A stretch of 64,000 bases of DNA from an uncultured Candidatus Rokubacteria bacterium (lineage in GTDB: Bacteria > Methylomirabilota > Methylomirabilia > Rokubacteriales > DASRDR01). Made by a program: the position numbers and the translations under genes. The stretch lies in the NCBI GenBank assembly GCA_963708025.1, contig CAVPSB010000013.1, forward strand, positions 643,564 through 707,563. The letters run 5' to 3'. Shown here in pieces: positions 8,838 through 17,661 of the stretch; the stretch's first letter is position 1, and each line of letters opens with the position of its first letter. The notes beneath the pieces were generated by a model. That model did not search any database, was not told the DNA's origin, and saw only the letters and a program-made list of their open reading frames with translations.

Positions 8838-10154
8838 TCACCGGCGCGATCGGCCGCCACCGCCGGCCGTCACGGCAATCGCCCGGCCGATGGTGTCGGG
8901 CCGCCGGCGGCCGCGCCGCGTCCAGCGGACGATGCCGGTGATCCCGTCGACCGCGACCTCGGCGCCGTCGGGGATGCGCCGGGTCGCCCCGGGCACGCCC
9001 AGCACGGCCGGGATGCCGCGCTCCCGGGCCAGCGCCGCGAGGTGCGACGTGCTGCCGCCGCGCTCCGCCACCACCCCGACCACGCGCGGCAGCACCGCCG
9101 CCAGGGCCGGTCCCGCAACGCCGGTGACCAGGACGTCGCCGAGCCCGACCCGATCCAGGTCCCGCTCGCTCCGCACCACGCAGGCCCGACCCGCCGCCCG
9201 GCCGAGCCCCGACGGGTGCCCGGTCAACCCCGGGTGCCGGCGCCAGAGGGCGCCGTCGGGGAGCGGGAGCGGCTCGACCCGCAGCGGCCGCGCCTGCAGC
9301 AGGCAGAGGCCCTCGTCGCCGAGTGCCCACTCGACCTCGACCGGGAGACCGAGGAGCGATTCCGCCGCGCGCACCAGGCGCCCCAGCTCCTCCGCCTGGG
9401 CCGGCTCGAGGCACGGCGCCTCGACCAGGGCGGTCGCGACCGATCGGACCCGCGGTCCGGCATCGCCCGCGCACGCCAGGAGCTGATCCTTGACGCCCGG
9501 CTCGACCCTCACCAGCGACCCGTCCCCGGCGAGGTGGAAGCGATCGGGCACGACCTCCCCGTGGGCGACGGTCGCGCCGAGCCCCCACGCCCCGGTGAGC
9601 AGCATGCCGCCCTCCGGCGTCCGGCTCAACGCACCCCCCGCGGCACGGGCCGGGACCAGGCGCTGGACCAGGACGGCCATCGCCGTGCCGGCCGGGTCGA
9701 GGCCCCGCTCGCCGAGGTAGCGGAGCACCCGGGTGGACCAGAGCGACGCCCAGCACGCGCGGACCGCCGTCTCGAGGTCCTGCTGGCCAGCGATGCCGAG
9801 GAACGTCTCGAACTGCCCGGCGGCCGAGGCCCGGGGTGAGTCTTCCAGCAGCGCCGACGAGCGCACCGCCACCGGCCCGGGGGGCGGGGGCAGCTCGAGC
9901 GGAGCTCGCATGAGCCCCAGGCGCACCGCAAGCGCGAGCCGCCGCGCCGCCGGCTCGTCCGCGGTCGCGACGCGCGCGGCCGCGTCGGCCACCCCGGCCG
10001 CGGCGAGCGCGGCGCGGTAGACCTCCGCCGGCAGGACCACGCCGTCCGGCACCGGCAGGCCGGCCCGGCGGAGCTGGCCCAGCGCGGCCGCCTTCGGGCC
10101 GACCCGCTCAGCCTCGGCGTCGGCGGCGTCGAGCGGCAGGCCCCATCCGGTCAC
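8838..10154 (-). CDS. PEP/pyruvate-binding (ATP-grasp) plus PEP-utilising swivel His domain protein
   Basis: VGPKAAALG, VAVRSSALLED..SAAGQFET, VEVEWA..LLQARP, GGSTSHLAALARERGIPAV; GTG start with GAGGAG RBS. Confidence 0.85.
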   Translation of the reverse strand: MTGWGLPLDAADAEAERVGPKAAALGQLRRAGLPVPDGVVLPAEVYRAALAAAGVADAAARVATADEPAARRLALAVRLGLMRAPLELPPPPGPVAVRSSALLEDSPRASAAGQFETFLGIAGQQDLETAVRACWASLWSTRVLRYLGERGLDPAGTAMAVLVQRLVPARAAGGALSRTPEGGMLLTGAWGLGATVAHGEVVPDRFHLAGDGSLVRVEPGVKDQLLACAGDAGPRVRSVATALVEAPCLEPAQAEELGRLVRAAESLLGLPVEVEWALGDEGLCLLQARPLRVEPLPLPDGALWRRHPGLTGHPSGLGRAAGRACVVRSERDLDRVGLGDVLVTGVAGPALAAVLPRVVGVVAERGGSTSHLAALARERGIPAVLGVPGATRRIPDGAEVAVDGITGIVRWTRRGRRRPDTIGRAIAVTAGGGGRSRR

Positions 10155-10177
10155 CGGATGCTCCTCGTCGCCCCGCG

Positions 10178-11281
10178 TCAGCGGGCGTCGGCGGGGAGCG
10201 GCGCCAGGTCGTTGAAGTACTGCGGATAGGCGCGCTGGACCTCCTCCAGGAACGACGGGTTGAACTGCTCCGGGATGGGCAGGCGCGCCGGCGCACTGGT
10301 GAGGGTGAGCCGCAGGATATCGTCCTGCGCCTCCTCGAACGCCCGCATGCTGTACCGGGAGATCCGCGGGTCGTAGCGGATGTGCGCGATGGCCTTCTTG
10401 GCGACGGTCAGGTCCACGTTGGGCACCCACCGGGAGAAGATCTCCACCGCCTCTTCCCGGTGCTGCCGGGTGTACTGGGACGCCGCGGCCAGCCCGGCGA
10501 TGAAGCTCTTGACCACCTGCGGGCTCTCCTGGAGCGTCGGCTCGTGCGCGGTGGCCACCATAATGTAGGCGAGGTGTCCGCCGCCCCGCAGGACCACGTA
10601 GGACTCCGGGACGCGCTCCAGCACCATCGTGTTGAACGGCTCCCACGAGACGATGGCGTCCACCTCGCCGTCGGCCAGCGCCGGGACCAGGGCGGGCGGG
10701 GCCATGATGTTCTCGATCGTCACCTCGTCGTAGCGGATGCCCCGCCGGCTCAGGGCCATCTTGAAGAACTCGTCCGAGGTCTGCTCGCGGGCGAGCCCCA
10801 CCCGCTTGCCCCGGAGATCCTCGAGCATGCCCGGCCTAATGCCGGACGCCTTGCGGGCGACGATGGCCAGGGGCTCATCGAAGCTCCGCGTGGTCGCGTC
10901 GTTCATGATGATGGCGATCACCTTCAGGGGATCGCCCCGGTGACGCGCCTTGATGAACGTCGTCACGCTCATGTCCCCGATCTGGACCTCGCGCTTCTGC
11001 ATCGCGGCGACCATGTCGGACCCGGTGCTGACGACCTTGAGTCGCACGTCCACGCCGTGCGTCTTGAAGAACCCCTTGTCCACGCCCACGAACATCGGCA
11101 GGTGCCCGAAGTTGTTACCGATGACGACGTCCAGCGTTGGCAGCGTTGGCAGCGTTGGCAGCGTCGGCATCCCTTGCGCCGCGCCCGGGCCCGCCGGCAG
11201 CAGGACCAGCCCGAGCGCCAGCCCGATCACGACCAGGCTCACGCCGCTCGCGCGACCCGATCCCGGCCACTGGGTTCGCAT
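10178..11281 (-). CDS. ABC transporter substrate-binding protein (NMT1/SsuA/THI5-like)
   Basis: Signal peptide, KGFFK.HGVDV, DLRGKRVG, GEVDAIVSWEPF. Confidence 0.85.
   Translation of the reverse strand: MRTQWPGSGRASGVSLVVIGLALGLVLLPAGPGAAQGMPTLPTLPTLPTLDVVIGNNFGHLPMFVGVDKGFFKTHGVDVRLKVVSTGSDMVAAMQKREVQIGDMSVTTFIKARHRGDPLKVIAIIMNDATTRSFDEPLAIVARKASGIRPGMLEDLRGKRVGLAREQTSDEFFKMALSRRGIRYDEVTIENIMAPPALVPALADGEVDAIVSWEPFNTMVLERVPESYVVLRGGGHLAYIMVATAHEPTLQESPQVVKSFIAGLAAASQYTRQHREEAVEIFSRWVPNVDLTVAKKAIAHIRYDPRISRYSMRAFEEAQDDILRLTLTSAPARLPIPEQFNPSFLEEVQRAYPQYFNDLAPLPADAR
11132..11167. repeat. 9-bp tandem repeat, 4 copies (CAGCGTTGG), encoding PTL x4
   Basis: Three exact copies and one single-mismatch copy read directly. 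Confidence 0.9.
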
Positions 11282-11320
11282 CGTCCTTTCCTCCTCGTCA
11301 GTCCCAATCGGCGACCACGG

Positions 11321-12556
11321 CTACCCCACGTAGGTGATCTGCTCGACCGGGAAGTTGGAGATGATCTCGATCCCCTTGTCGTTGACGATGAGCATCTCCT
11401 CGATCCGCACGCCGAACTCGAACTTCTTGCCGTGCTGGGTCTCGAGCGCGAAGACCATGCCCGGCTGGATCTTCAGCGGGTGGTCGAGCGACCAGATGCG
11501 CGAGATCACCGGCTGGTCGTACTGGGCGAGACCCAGGCCGTGGCCCCAGAGGTTCGCGGCCGCCTGGTCCTCCTCCTTGTAGCCCCAGGCCTCCTTGGCC
11601 GACGGCCACTTGAGCGCGATGTCCCGGGTGGTGGCGCCCGGCTTCACCGCCTTGATCGAGTCGTAGAGCCACTTGAGCGCCATCGCGTAGTAGTCCTTCA
11701 TCGCCTGGGTCGGCGGCTTGCCCACGCAGTAGGTGCGGTAGTAGCACGACTTGTAGCCGTTCCAGGTGAGCGCGGCCAGGTCCATGAAGACGATCTCGCC
11801 CGGCTGGATGATGCGATCCGAGAAGTTGCGCCAGTTGGGCCAGGTGTTGGGGCCGGAGGAGACGATGACGTCTTCCACGTCCTCCATGCCCGGGACCGAG
11901 TAGAGGTACTCCATGATGTGGGCCGTCACCTGGTTCTCGGTCACGCCCGGCCTGAGGAAGCGCATGGTCTCCCAGTGGGCGGCGTCCCCGATGGCGCCCA
12001 CGATGCGGAGGCACTCCTGCTCGTCCTCGTTCTTGATGGCGCGGGCCTCCATCATCGGCGTCATGCCGTCGGCCCACTTGATCTTGGTGTCGCCGAACGC
12101 CTGCAGCATGTTGATGTCGATGAAGTCCACGCCCAGGGTCTTGCCGGCCACGTCGAACCGCTTCATCTCCTTGATGACGGCGGCCGTGAACTTCTTGACC
12201 TGCTGCTTGGAGGCGGGGCCGGCCGCGCCCTTGATCCAGGCGTAGGACCAGCGGATGTTCTCCTCGGGGATCCAGGGGGCGTGGCGCTGGATCTGGAAGC
12301 CGATGTCCCCCTGCTCGAAGAGGACCGGCTGCCCCTCGCCGCACAGGAGCGCGTAGCGCAGGCCCGGCTTCAGGCGGTTCCAGCCGGGGGTCAGCGTGCT
12401 GGTGACGTAGCGGACGTTCTCGTCGTACATGAGCAGCAGCGCGCCGAGCCCGTGCGCCTTCATCCGCTCCCGGGCGCGCTCGAGCCGGTACTTGCGCAGC
12501 CGGTCCCAGTTGACGCGCTGCTGCCAGTCGACCCCGACCGTTCCGAAGTTGGCCAT
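11321..12556 (-). CDS. M24 (Xaa-Pro peptidase/creatinase-fold) family hydrolase
   Basis: ENVRY, ARAIKNEDE, GHGLGL, PGMVFALET, GVRIEEMLIV. Confidence 0.88.
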   Translation of the reverse strand: MANFGTVGVDWQQRVNWDRLRKYRLERARERMKAHGLGALLLMYDENVRYVTSTLTPGWNRLKPGLRYALLCGEGQPVLFEQGDIGFQIQRHAPWIPEENIRWSYAWIKGAAGPASKQQVKKFTAAVIKEMKRFDVAGKTLGVDFIDINMLQAFGDTKIKWADGMTPMMEARAIKNEDEQECLRIVGAIGDAAHWETMRFLRPGVTENQVTAHIMEYLYSVPGMEDVEDVIVSSGPNTWPNWRNFSDRIIQPGEIVFMDLAALTWNGYKSCYYRTYCVGKPPTQAMKDYYAMALKWLYDSIKAVKPGATTRDIALKWPSAKEAWGYKEEDQAAANLWGHGLGLAQYDQPVISRIWSLDHPLKIQPGMVFALETQHGKKFEFGVRIEEMLIVNDKGIEIISNFPVEQITYVG

Positions 12557-12629
12557 TCCGTTCCTCCTGTGTGGCGCCTTGGTCCGCTACGTCGTCACGA
12601 AGTCTTCAGCCTCACGCACAGCTCGGGTA

Positions 12630-12648
12630 TCCTCACTCATGGTAAGGA
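12630..12648 (+). promoter_or_regulatory. probable antitoxin operator palindrome
   Basis: TCCTCAC-N5-GTAAGGA (6/7 inverted match) overlapping a TATCCT -10-like hexamer and the RBS. Confidence 0.45.
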
Positions 12649-12659
12649 GGTGGGCCTCC

Positions 12660-12905
12660 ATGCCGAGCACGACCGTGACCAGCAAGGGTCGGGTCACCAT
12701 CCCGAAGCGAATCCGGCAGTTCCTCCGGATCAAGCCCGGAGACCGGATCGATTTCGGCATCGACGCCAACGGCACGGTCGTCGTCCGGTCCGCCGGCACG
12801 GACGTCCAGACGCTGAAGGGCCTCCTGAGCCGTCCGGGGCGGCGCCCCGTCAGCCTCGAGACCATGGAGGCCGCCATCGCCCGGCACTTCCGCCGGCGCC
12901 GATGA
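12660..12905 (+). CDS. AbrB/MazE/SpoVT family antitoxin
   Basis: TVTSKGRVTIPK.IR..L.IKPGDRIDF motif; AAGGAGG RBS; 81 aa. Confidence 0.9.
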   Translation: MPSTTVTSKGRVTIPKRIRQFLRIKPGDRIDFGIDANGTVVVRSAGTDVQTLKGLLSRPGRRPVSLETMEAAIARHFRRRR

Positions 12906-12960
12906 CAGGCCTCGAAACCGACGTCCTCGTCCGCTACCCCACCCAGGATGACCGAGCCGT
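12902..12960 (+). pseudogene. VapC/PIN toxin N-terminal remnant
   Basis: ATGA-coupled to the antitoxin; MTGLETDVLVRYPTQDD resembles the PIN start M.GLDTNVLVRYLTQDD, then similarity stops. Confidence 0.7.
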
Positions 12961-12961
12961 C

Positions 12962-13174
12962 TCACGGATCCGTGAGCTCGAAGCCGTCGCGGTCGCTCAG
13001 CTCGTGCTGGGCGCCCAGGATCTCCTCCCGCAGGTTGCGCTCGACCCGGTCGAGCCGCTCCGCGAGGGCCGTCACGCCCTCGGTGGCGAGCTGGACCTGC
13101 GCGGTCATCCGCTCGGCGACGACATCGAAGTGCCGGCGGTTCTCCTCCAGGTAGGCTCTCAGCTCGGGATCCAT
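12962..13174 (-). CDS. small coiled-coil hypothetical protein, possibly truncated
   Basis: GGAGAG RBS, heptad-like RRHFDVVAE..LAERLDRVE. Confidence 0.55.
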   Translation of the reverse strand: MDPELRAYLEENRRHFDVVAERMTAQVQLATEGVTALAERLDRVERNLREEILGAQHELSDRDGFELTDP

Positions 13175-13214
13175 CGGCTCTCCGCGCGGCTCCCCCGGAC
13201 AGGCGCACGCCGTC

Positions 13215-14264
13215 TCACTGGTCGACGAACTCGAAGGCGTCGTGGGAATCCGAGTGGAGGTGCATGCCGGGGATCCCGGCCGACTGCACGTCGCCGCTCA
13301 CCAGGTGGAGCCGGTTGCCGATGACGGCGCCGGCCAGTCCGTGGCGCGGGACCGGCATCCGAAGCAGGGCGGCCCAGGCGTTGGTGGCGGGATCGTAGCC
13401 CTCCACGGCCCGGAAGGCGGCCATGAACCGGTCGTCCTGGCCCTCGCCCCCCGCCACGTAGATCCGCCCGCGGTACACGCCCCAGGCCACCGCGCTCCGC
13501 GGCGTGGGCATCCGGGCCTTGATCGCGCCCCACTGGTCGGTGGCGGGGTCGTACTCCTCGACGACGTCGGTGTTGCTCGCGACGCTGATGAAGGCGGCGC
13601 CGAGCCGCCCGCCGAGGACGTAGATCTTCCCGCCGACGACGCCGACCGCCGCGTGGTTCCGCGCGGTGGGCATCGGCGAGCGCGCCCGCCAGCTGTCGGT
13701 GGCGGGATCGTACTCCTCCACGGTGCCCAGGGCGCGATGAGGCCGCGCCGGATGGACGGCGGGCTCCGCCGAGCCCGGGTGGGTGGAGGCGCCGCCGATG
13801 ACGTAGATCTTGCCCCCGACCGCCGCCGCCACCGGCGAGCCCCGCCGGGTGGGCATGGGCGCCAGCAGCCTCCAGCTGTCCGCCGCCGGGTCGTACTCCC
13901 AGGCGTTGCCGATGGGGACCCAGGCCGGCGCGCCCGCCGCGGGCGGGACGAAGCCGCCGAACGCGTAGATCTTCCCGCCCAGCTCGGTGACGGCGACGTG
14001 GTGCGTCGCCAGGGGCATCGGGTTCTTGCGCGTCCACGCGTTGGTGCCGGGGCTGTACTCGAAGACGAGGCCGCGCGGGATCCAGCCCGGGGCGAGGCCG
14101 CCGAACACGTAGAGCCTGCCCCCCGCGGCCACGCCGTACAGCTCCTCGGCGGGCTCCGGGAAGGGCGCCAGCTTGACCCACTTGCCCGGCGCTTGAGCGC
14201 CCGCGGGCAGGAGCCCGAGGCCCAGCGTGGTCGCCACCGCCAGCACGAGCGCGAGCCGTCTCAT
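13215..14264 (-). CDS. secreted Kelch-repeat beta-propeller protein
   Basis: Repeated GKIYV.GG / EYDPATD.W / PMPT.R units; signal peptide; GGAGGAG RBS. Confidence 0.92.
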   Translation of the reverse strand: MRRLALVLAVATTLGLGLLPAGAQAPGKWVKLAPFPEPAEELYGVAAGGRLYVFGGLAPGWIPRGLVFEYSPGTNAWTRKNPMPLATHHVAVTELGGKIYAFGGFVPPAAGAPAWVPIGNAWEYDPAADSWRLLAPMPTRRGSPVAAAVGGKIYVIGGASTHPGSAEPAVHPARPHRALGTVEEYDPATDSWRARSPMPTARNHAAVGVVGGKIYVLGGRLGAAFISVASNTDVVEEYDPATDQWGAIKARMPTPRSAVAWGVYRGRIYVAGGEGQDDRFMAAFRAVEGYDPATNAWAALLRMPVPRHGLAGAVIGNRLHLVSGDVQSAGIPGMHLHSDSHDAFEFVDQ

Positions 14265-14358
14265 CGCCACTCCTCCCTTCCCCGCGTCCGGGAATCTACC
14301 ACACAACCCCTTGGTCGGGCCGGGCCCTCGCGCATCCTCGGCGATCGCTCCACGCGCG

Positions 14359-15870
14359 TCAGCCGGGCGCCGGTCCGACGGCCTGCCCGAACCGCCGGCC
14401 GAGGACCCGCCGCAGACCGGGCGAGGCCAGCATCGCGAGCGCCAGGACGAGCAGGGTGGCCGAGATCGGGCGCTCGAAGAAGACGAGCAAGTCGCCCCGC
14501 GAGGCGATGAGCGAGCGTCGCAGCGCGGCCTCGAGCTGGGGGCCGAGGATCATGGCCAGCACCAGCGGCGCCGGCTCGAAGTCCAGCCGGCGCACCAGGT
14601 AGCCGAGGCCCCCGAAGACCACGGTGGTCCCGAGGTCGAAGACGCTGTTGTTCACGCTGTAGGCGCCCACCAGGACGAACACTAGGATCAGGGGCGCCAG
14701 GATCCCGTACGGCACCTGCAGGAGCCTCACCCAGATCCAGATCAGCGGGAGGTTCAGGGCCAGGAGCACCACGTTGCCCAGGTACATGGAGGCGATGAGG
14801 CCCCAGAAGATGTCCGGGTGCTCGCTGACCAGCAGCGGGCCGGGCCGCACGCCGTGGATCAGGAGCGCGGCGAAGATCATGGCCATTGAGGCGTTGCCGG
14901 GGACCCCCAGGGTCAGGAGCGGGATGAACGAGCCGGTGGCCGCCCCGTTGTTGGCGGACTCCGGCCCCGCCACGCCTTCGACGGCGCCCTGGCCGAAGCG
15001 CTCGGGATAGCGACTCCACCGCTTCTCGACGGCGTACGAGAGGAACGACGAGATGATGGCGCCGCCTCCCGGCAGCACGCCCACGAGGAACCCCAGCAGC
15101 GACCCCCGCGCGACAGCCGGCGCGGCCTGACGCCACTCCTCGCGGCTGGGCAGGAGGCTCCCGATCCGCGTCTTCAGGACGTTGACCTTGATCGCCTGCT
15201 CCGCGTTGGCCAGCACCTCGCCGATCCCGAAGAGGCCCATCGCCGCCAGGATGAACGGCAGCCCCTCGCCGAGCTGGAAGACCCCATAGGTGAACCGGGG
15301 GCTGCCCATGATCGGGTCCAGGCCCACGGTCCCGAGCAGGAGTCCGAGGGCGGCCATCATGAGGCCCTTGGTCATGGACGCGCCCGACAGGTAGCCGACC
15401 ATCACCAGGCCGAGCACCAGGAGCGCCGCGTACTCCGGGGGACCGAACCGGAGCGCGAACGCGGCCAGCGGCGGCGCCAGGCACATGAGCCCGACCAGGC
15501 CCAGCGTCCCGGCGATGAAGGAGCCGAAGGCCGCGACGGCCAGCGCCGCCCCGGCCCGGCCGCGCCGCGCCATCTGGTAGCCGTCGAGGCAGGTGACGAC
15601 GGAGGCGGCCTCCCCCGGGATGTTCAGCAGGATGGAGGTCGTGGAGCCGCCATACATGGCGCCGTAGAAGATGCCGGCCAGCATGATGACCGCCGAGGTG
15701 GCCGGGATGCCGTAGGTGACCGGCAGCAGGAGCGCGATGGTCGCCGGCGGCCCCAGGCCGGGCAAGACCCCGATGGCGGTCCCGATCAGCGAGCCGAGGA
15801 CGCAGTAGAGCAGGTTCGCCGGCGTCAGCGCCACGGCGAAGCCGGCAGCGAGGTTGCTTAGGATCTCCAC
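14359..15870 (-). CDS. tctA: tripartite tricarboxylate transporter large permease TctA
   Basis: GVLPGLGP, YGAMYGGSTTSILLNIPGE, GVAGPESANN. Confidence 0.95.
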   Translation of the reverse strand: MEILSNLAAGFAVALTPANLLYCVLGSLIGTAIGVLPGLGPPATIALLLPVTYGIPATSAVIMLAGIFYGAMYGGSTTSILLNIPGEAASVVTCLDGYQMARRGRAGAALAVAAFGSFIAGTLGLVGLMCLAPPLAAFALRFGPPEYAALLVLGLVMVGYLSGASMTKGLMMAALGLLLGTVGLDPIMGSPRFTYGVFQLGEGLPFILAAMGLFGIGEVLANAEQAIKVNVLKTRIGSLLPSREEWRQAAPAVARGSLLGFLVGVLPGGGAIISSFLSYAVEKRWSRYPERFGQGAVEGVAGPESANNGAATGSFIPLLTLGVPGNASMAMIFAALLIHGVRPGPLLVSEHPDIFWGLIASMYLGNVVLLALNLPLIWIWVRLLQVPYGILAPLILVFVLVGAYSVNNSVFDLGTTVVFGGLGYLVRRLDFEPAPLVLAMILGPQLEAALRRSLIASRGDLLVFFERPISATLLVLALAMLASPGLRRVLGRRFGQAVGPAPG

Positions 15871-16041
15871 TAGATTCCCTGAATCATCGAAATCATGGCA
15901 GTGCCATCACGTTCTTGAGGCGGGGCCGAGGAGCGAGCAGCGCTAGGACGCAGGGAGTCGCCCACCGCAGGCGTATGCCGCATACGCCGAGGATGGGCGA
16001 CGACCGAGGACGACGCGATGCGACGCTCATCGGCGCCGCCC
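15870..16041. repeat. structured intergenic element, copy A
   Basis: Starts CTAG; 48-nt arm and inverted-repeat ends shared with 44223-44434; nested palindromes inside. Confidence 0.75.
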
Positions 16042-16045
16042 TCTC

Positions 16046-16489
16046 TCAGCGGAGCAGTGGTCCCGGCGGCAGGGGGACCTTCAGCCACAGCGCGAAGACG
16101 AGGTACGAGCCGGCCGCGGCGGTCACGGCCACGCCGAGGGCCACCGCCCAGCGGTGCGGCTCCACGACCCGCAGCATGAACAGCGCGAGCAGGAACGTCG
16201 AGAGGGGATACCCGAGCGGCTCCAGCACGAGGACGTAGGCCGCCAGGACGGCCAGGAGGGCCACCACCTTCAGCCCCCGCCCCCGCGCCGGCCCCGTCGC
16301 GGGGCGCGCCCGCAGGGCCTGGGCGAGGAGACCGAGGGCCAGGCCTCCCAGCGTCAGGCTCGTCCACCACGGGACGAACCCCGGGCCGGGATTCCGCGCC
16401 GTCCCGAACGGCAGCCGGCTGGCCTCTGACAGCGCGATGGCGGCGAACGCGAGGCCGGCGATCGCCGCCACCGCGTCGGGCTTGCGCAC
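16046..16489 (-). CDS. tctB: tripartite tricarboxylate transporter small permease TctB
   Basis: PFGT..NPGPGFVP, four TM segments, L.V.LP.G end; between tctC and tctA. Confidence 0.85.
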   Translation of the reverse strand: MRKPDAVAAIAGLAFAAIALSEASRLPFGTARNPGPGFVPWWTSLTLGGLALGLLAQALRARPATGPARGRGLKVVALLAVLAAYVLVLEPLGYPLSTFLLALFMLRVVEPHRWAVALGVAVTAAAGSYLVFALWLKVPLPPGPLLR

Positions 16490-16497
16490 CGGCCGCG

Positions 16498-17461
16498 CTA
16501 CTTCGGGACGCCGGCGGCGACCTTGGCGAACTCCTCCGACTCCTGGCGCCAGGCCGTCTCGAACTCCTTGCCCCCGAGGAACTGGATGTCGTCGCCGAGC
16601 TGCTTCACGAGCGCCTGGAACGACTTGTCCTCGGTGATCCGCTTGAACGCCGCCTCCAGCTTGTCCACGATCGGCTGGGGCGTCCCCTTCGGCGCCAGCA
16701 CGGAGCGCCACATCGTGAAGGTCATGTTGACGCCTTCCTCACGGACCGTCGGGACGTTGGGCAGCGCCGCCAGCCGGCTCGAGTCGGTGACCGCCAGGGC
16801 CCGGAGCTTGCCGGCGCCGAGCTGGGGCATGAGCTGGGCCGCGAACGAGAAGGTCCCGTCGGCGTGTCCACCGAGGACTGCCAGCATGGAGGGGCCACCC
16901 CCGTCGAAGGGGATGTTGTTGTACTCGATCCCCCCGGCCCGCGCGATCAGCCGCATCGGGAAGTCCGCCGCGCCCCACGGCCCGGTGTTGGCGAAGCTGA
17001 GCTTCCCCGGGTTCTGCTTGGCGAACGCGATGACCTCGCGGAGGCTCTTCCAGGGCGCGTCCGCCCGGACCGCGAAGATCGTCGGGCTGTAGTTGATGCG
17101 GGCGACCGGCGTGAACTGGTCGGGGCCGGTGGGGGCCTTCTGGACCAGGGCGAAGATCGTGTTCGGCCCCGTCCCGCCCAGCAGCAGGGTGTGGCCGTCG
17201 GGCTTGGCCCGGCTCACGTACTGGGAGCCGACCGCGCCGCCGCCCCCCGGCTTGAGCACCACCACGAGCGGCTGCCCGAGGTAGGGCTGGGCGACGCTCA
17301 CGATCGCCCGGGCCGTCAGGTCGTGTGACCCCCCGGGGCCGAACGGGATCACGAGCTCGATGGGCTTGCTCGGAAACTCCTGGGCCCGGGCCGCGAGCCC
17401 CGGGGCGAGGAGTCCGGCGAGCCACGGCCAGGACGAGCAGGGATCGCAGGGAGCTGCGCAT
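16498..17461 (-). CDS. tctC: TctC/Bug family substrate-binding protein (frameshift near 17420 in the signal peptide)
   Basis: FPSKPIELVIPFGPGGSHD, KPGGGGAVG, PFDGGG; ATG with GAGGAGG RBS lies in a different frame. Confidence 0.88.
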
Positions 17462-17604
17462 GATGGGCCTCCTCGGGTTGACTCGGCGCGCCATTCGGTC
17501 GTCGGGCGAGGGTCCGGGTGCCGGTACCGTACTATCGGCCCCCGGAAAACTCAACGGGGCGGGAGGAGAGAGCGGAGGGAGGCTCCGACTGCGTCCCTTC
17601 CTTC

Positions 17605-17635
17605 CCTGCCCTCTCCCCGGTGGGGAGAGGGCAGG
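17605..17635. repeat. REP-like palindrome CCTGCCCTCTCCCC-N3-GGGGAGAGGGCAGG
   Basis: 14-bp perfect inverted repeat in an intergenic space; related C-rich/G-rich hairpins at 27497-27550 and 42176-42205. Confidence 0.75.
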
Positions 17636-17661
17636 AGGAATCGGGGTCAGATGGCGAAGGC

